DNA from: Gemmatimonadales bacterium
GTDB lineage: Bacteria; Gemmatimonadota; Gemmatimonadetes; Gemmatimonadales; GWC2-71-9
Assembly (NCBI GenBank): GCA_044221045.1
Contig: JBGAPX010000006.1
Span: 780 to 64,779 of the forward strand
Reading direction: 5' to 3'
DNA length: 64,000 nucleotides
Positions 60,981 through 64,000 of this stretch are shown piece by piece. The position numbers and the translations under genes were made by a program. How positions within the stretch are numbered: position 1 is the stretch's first letter; each line of letters begins with the position of its first letter. The notes below the pieces were generated by a model, which was not told the origin of the DNA, searched no databases, and was given only the letters and a program-made list of their open reading frames with translations.

Positions 60981-62399
60981 TCACCCCGGGGCGAGGGCCG
61001 CGGCCGCTGCGGCCACGGCCCGGTCCACGTCGGCCGGGGTGGTGCGCCAGCAGGACACCGACACCCGCATGCAGCGCATGCCGCGCCAGGTGGTGCCGGT
61101 GAAGTACGCCTCCCCGGTGGCGTTGATCGCCGCCATGACGGCGTCGGTGCGCCGGTCGTGGTCGGCCTCGGAGGCGCCGGCCTTCGGGTCGTGGAACCGC
61201 ACCAGTCCCTGATTCATCTCCGACACCGCCACCGCCCGCGCGTGCGGCAGGGCCCCGATGCGCGTGACCAGTTCCCCCGCCTGGCGGCTGTTCCGTTCCA
61301 CCAGCTCGGCGATCCCCGCGCGTCCCAGTTCCCGGAGCGCCGCGTAGGTCGCGAAGCCGCGGGCCCGCCGCGAGTGCTCCGGGGTCCAGTCCAGCTGGTC
61401 CCGGACATCCTCCGCGTGCACCAGGTAGCTGGCCCGATGCTCCATGCCGGCGCGGTGGTGCTCGGGGTGCGCCACGAAGGCGTAGCCGCTGTCATACGGC
61501 ACGTTGAGCCACTTGTGGCCATCGGTGGCCCAGCTGTCGGCCTGCGCCACGCCGGTGAGCAGGTGGCGGAGCCGCGGCGTGGCGTTGCACCACAGGCCCA
61601 TCGCGCCGTCCACGTGCACCCAGGCGCCCGCCTCATGCGCCCGCGCAATGAGTTCGGGAAACGGGTCGAAGGCCCCGGTGTTCACGTCGCCCGCCTGCAG
61701 CACCACGATGGTCGGCCGTCCCGCGTCCCGTGCCAGCGCGCTCCCCAGCGTCGCGGGCGTGAGCCGCGAGTCGGCGTCCGTCGGCAGCACGGTGATGTTC
61801 GCCGTGCCGAGGCCGAGCAGCCTGGCGGCCCGCACGGTGGTACCGTGCACCGCGTCGGAGGTGAGCATGCGGATGGCCGGCCCGCCCGCGAGGCCGTCCC
61901 GGTTCACGTCCCATCCCGCGCGCGCCAGCAGGGCGTGGCGCGCGGCCGCCAGGCAGGTCACGTGCGCCATCTGGCATCCCGTGACGAGGGCAAAGGAGGC
62001 CGTGCTCGGCAGCCCGAGGAGGTCCTTGAGCCAGTCGCCGCAGACCTCCTCCACCACCGCCGCCGCCGGGCCCGCGGCGTAGAGCCCGGCATTCTGGTCC
62101 CATGCGGAGGTGAGCCAGTCCGCGCCCACCGCCGCGGGGAGGCCGCCACCGATCACCCAGCCGTAGAACCGCCCCCCCGCCGTCCCGAGCAGCCCGCCGG
62201 CCGCATCGCGCGCCAGCTCCTCGATGACCGTGACCGGATCCACGCCGGCCTCCGGCAAGGGCCGGCCGAACCGCCGGCGCAACTCCGCCAGCGGCGTGGT
62301 GGGAGCCACCGGCGCGGTGTCGAGCCCCGCCAGGTAGGTGAGGGCGAGCTGGGCGGCACGCTCGAGGGTGGCGCGTTCGTTCCGGGAAGCGTGTGGCAT
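60981..62399 (-). CDS. Group II PLP-dependent decarboxylase (aromatic amino acid decarboxylase-like)
   Basis: RFYGWVIGG, WVHVDGAMG, SWATDGHKWLNVPYDSG (PLP lysine). Confidence 0.92.
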   Translation of the reverse strand: MPHASRNERATLERAAQLALTYLAGLDTAPVAPTTPLAELRRRFGRPLPEAGVDPVTVIEELARDAAGGLLGTAGGRFYGWVIGGGLPAAVGADWLTSAWDQNAGLYAAGPAAAVVEEVCGDWLKDLLGLPSTASFALVTGCQMAHVTCLAAARHALLARAGWDVNRDGLAGGPAIRMLTSDAVHGTTVRAARLLGLGTANITVLPTDADSRLTPATLGSALARDAGRPTIVVLQAGDVNTGAFDPFPELIARAHEAGAWVHVDGAMGLWCNATPRLRHLLTGVAQADSWATDGHKWLNVPYDSGYAFVAHPEHHRAGMEHRASYLVHAEDVRDQLDWTPEHSRRARGFATYAALRELGRAGIAELVERNSRQAGELVTRIGALPHARAVAVSEMNQGLVRFHDPKAGASEADHDRRTDAVMAAINATGEAYFTGTTWRGMRCMRVSVSCWRTTPADVDRAVAAAAAALAPG

Positions 62400-62480
62400 G
62401 GCCGGTACAGGTCGAGGGGATGAAGTGGTGAGGGCGTCCGCCGTCCGGCGGTCCGGAATGGAATGCGCAGTCCGGGGGCG

Positions 62481-63059
62481 CTACCCGACAGGTCCCGGTC
62501 GTCGTGCGGCGGCGTCCGCTGCCGCGACCCGGCGCGCCGCCTCGGCCCAGTCCACCCGGGGGGCCACGCCCGCGGCGTCGAGGTCGAGCGAGGCCCGGGC
62601 CCGCGCCGTCACCACGCCGCCGTCCGGCACCGCCAGCCCGAAGGCCAGCTCCGCGCGACGGCAGAGCCGCTCCTCGCGGGCCCGCGCCTCCGGCGGCGTG
62701 GTGCCGCACCAGGCGGCGACCCGCGCGTGCGTGGCCTCGTGCACGATGGACGCGGCGATCTCGGGCAGCCCGTGCGCGGGATTCACGGTGAAGGTGAGTT
62801 CCACCAGGCACAGGCGGGTATCAGGGAAGAACGCGCCGCGGCAGGCAAAGCGCTCCACCACGAAGCCGGCCAGGTCCAGGGGCAACCGCCGGTAGACCCC
62901 GGGGGCGTAGGCGGCCACGAGGTCGAGCGCCGCGGAGAGCCGGCGCACCACGTCCTCGGTGTCGATGTCGGGGCGGCTGTTGAGGATGCGGACGGGGAGG
63001 CCGTGCACGGTGCGCTGGACGGCAATGGCCACAGGGGGCTCCGCGAGCGGTGGATTCAC
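62481..63059 (-). CDS. Hypothetical protein with HExxH motif
   Basis: SIVHEATHAR followed by EERLC. GTG start estimated. Confidence 0.6.
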   Translation of the reverse strand: MNPPLAEPPVAIAVQRTVHGLPVRILNSRPDIDTEDVVRRLSAALDLVAAYAPGVYRRLPLDLAGFVVERFACRGAFFPDTRLCLVELTFTVNPAHGLPEIAASIVHEATHARVAAWCGTTPPEARAREERLCRRAELAFGLAVPDGGVVTARARASLDLDAAGVAPRVDWAEAARRVAAADAAARRPGPVG

Positions 63060-63120
63060 CGGAAGCAAGCGAGAGGCCCGCGCGCGCACCGGCCGCGGGC
63101 GTCCGCTTGCCGACGGGGAG

Positions 63121-63333
63121 CTACAGCTGCTTGACCAGCCATGCGAGCAGCTTCTTCGCCTCAGCGGGGGCGAGCTTCCGTCCGCGCCCGCCACGCTTCT
63201 TGCCCTTGCCTCCCCCGACGCGGATGAGCTGGATCGGGCCGATGGTGACATAGACGGTATCGTGCTGCTTGCTCGTCGTGGTGGTGTGGCCGCCATGATC
63301 GGCCTTGCGGCTGCCGCGCGACTTACCAGCCAT
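63121..63333 (-). CDS. Small basic hypothetical protein (70 aa)
   Basis: GGAG RBS then MAGKSRGSRK...KKLLAWLVKQL; fills the gap between two genes. Confidence 0.65.
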   Translation of the reverse strand: MAGKSRGSRKADHGGHTTTTSKQHDTVYVTIGPIQLIRVGGGKGKKRGGRGRKLAPAEAKKLLAWLVKQL

Positions 63334-63362
63334 ACCTGGCTCCAGGAAGGGGACAAGGCAAC

Positions 63363-64000
63363 CTACGCACCACGCCCCGGGGACGCCACCGCTGTCCACG
63401 GCCGCGCCGGCCACCACCACACCACGGCCGCCACGAGCAGCGTTGTCATGAGCCCGATCGGCGGAGCCACCGCGGCCAGTCGTGCCGTCACGGACTCGTC
63501 CACCACGATCGTCCACAGCGGGGTATCCCCCCGTTCCCCGGTGGCCACGCGGGCCAGGTTCATCGCGGCATGCACGCCCGTCGGCATGGCCAGACCACCC
63601 GAACGGGACGCCACCGCGCCGAACAGCGCCGCGCTCGGCAGCACGCCGTACAGGACCTGGCTCCACTCCCACCCGAACGCGAGGTGCGACAGGCCGAACG
63701 CCAGCGCCACCAGCCACTGCGCCGGCCATCGACCGACCGCGCCGGTCAGTGCCCGGAGGGCGTAGCCACGGAAGCCCAGCTCCTCCATGTAGGCGAGGAC
63801 CAGGACGGTGGCCGCGGCGAGCGACAGGGGCCCCGCCGCCGGCGCACGCGCCGTGGCCAGCCGGATCGGGGTGACCAGCACCGAAATCGCCGCCAGGACG
63901 GCCGCGTAGGTGGCGAATCCGAGGAGCAGTCCGGCGAGCAGCGGCGCGACATCCCGTCCAGCAGGCGTGGCCCCGATCCCGGCCAGCGGTGGCACCTCCC
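63363..64000 (-). CDS. CPBP (CAAX protease/Abi) family intramembrane metalloprotease, 5' end off the window
   Basis: EELGFRGY, FGLSH, HAAMN. Confidence 0.88.
   Translation of the reverse strand, partial: EVPPLAGIGATPAGRDVAPLLAGLLLGFATYAAVLAAISVLVTPIRLATARAPAAGPLSLAAATVLVLAYMEELGFRGYALRALTGAVGRWPAQWLVALAFGLSHLAFGWEWSQVLYGVLPSAALFGAVASRSGGLAMPTGVHAAMNLARVATGERGDTPLWTIVVDESVTARLAAVAPPIGLMTTLLVAAVVWWWPARPWTAVASPGRGA

Noticed and set aside
60981-62399. PLP enzyme as the missing ArgD
   Set aside because: Its motifs are those of a group II decarboxylase, not a class III aminotransferase, and it is 30 kb from the operon.

Overview
64 kb of very GC-rich bacterial chromosome, densely coding. I saw no rRNA, tRNA, CRISPR array, integrase or transposase. 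The gene mix (ADOP-type permease, DUF4097 pair behind an ECF sigma/anti-sigma, DUF6526) suggests Gemmatimonadota or a similar lineage; this is inference only. Left part: two hybrid histidine kinases, an ECF sigma/anti-sigma/2xDUF4097 cluster, an APC permease, a REC-GGDEF-REC protein, Lrp plus EamA, a NifA-like sigma54 activator, and the alpha-2-macroglobulin/pbpC pair. Centre: an arginine operon argG-X-argC-argF'-argB-argE-argH-argR. Right part: signalling, transport and many small accessory genes. Best candidate for an undescribed system: the arg operon has no argA/argJ/GNAT acyl-glutamate synthase. It instead carries a DUF1611 (DgcN-like glutamate N-acyltransferase family) P-loop protein, and its transcarbamylase has Val at the residue-92 specificity position, which predicts N-succinylated intermediates. 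Other notable items: two secreted pseudo-metalloenzymes (an M1 aminopeptidase fold and an MBL fold, both lacking metal ligands) beside regulators, several candidate operators, and a CPBP/small basic peptide/HExxH trio. All family calls come from motif recognition by eye, with no database searches. Many start codons were re-chosen by hand and are approximate.
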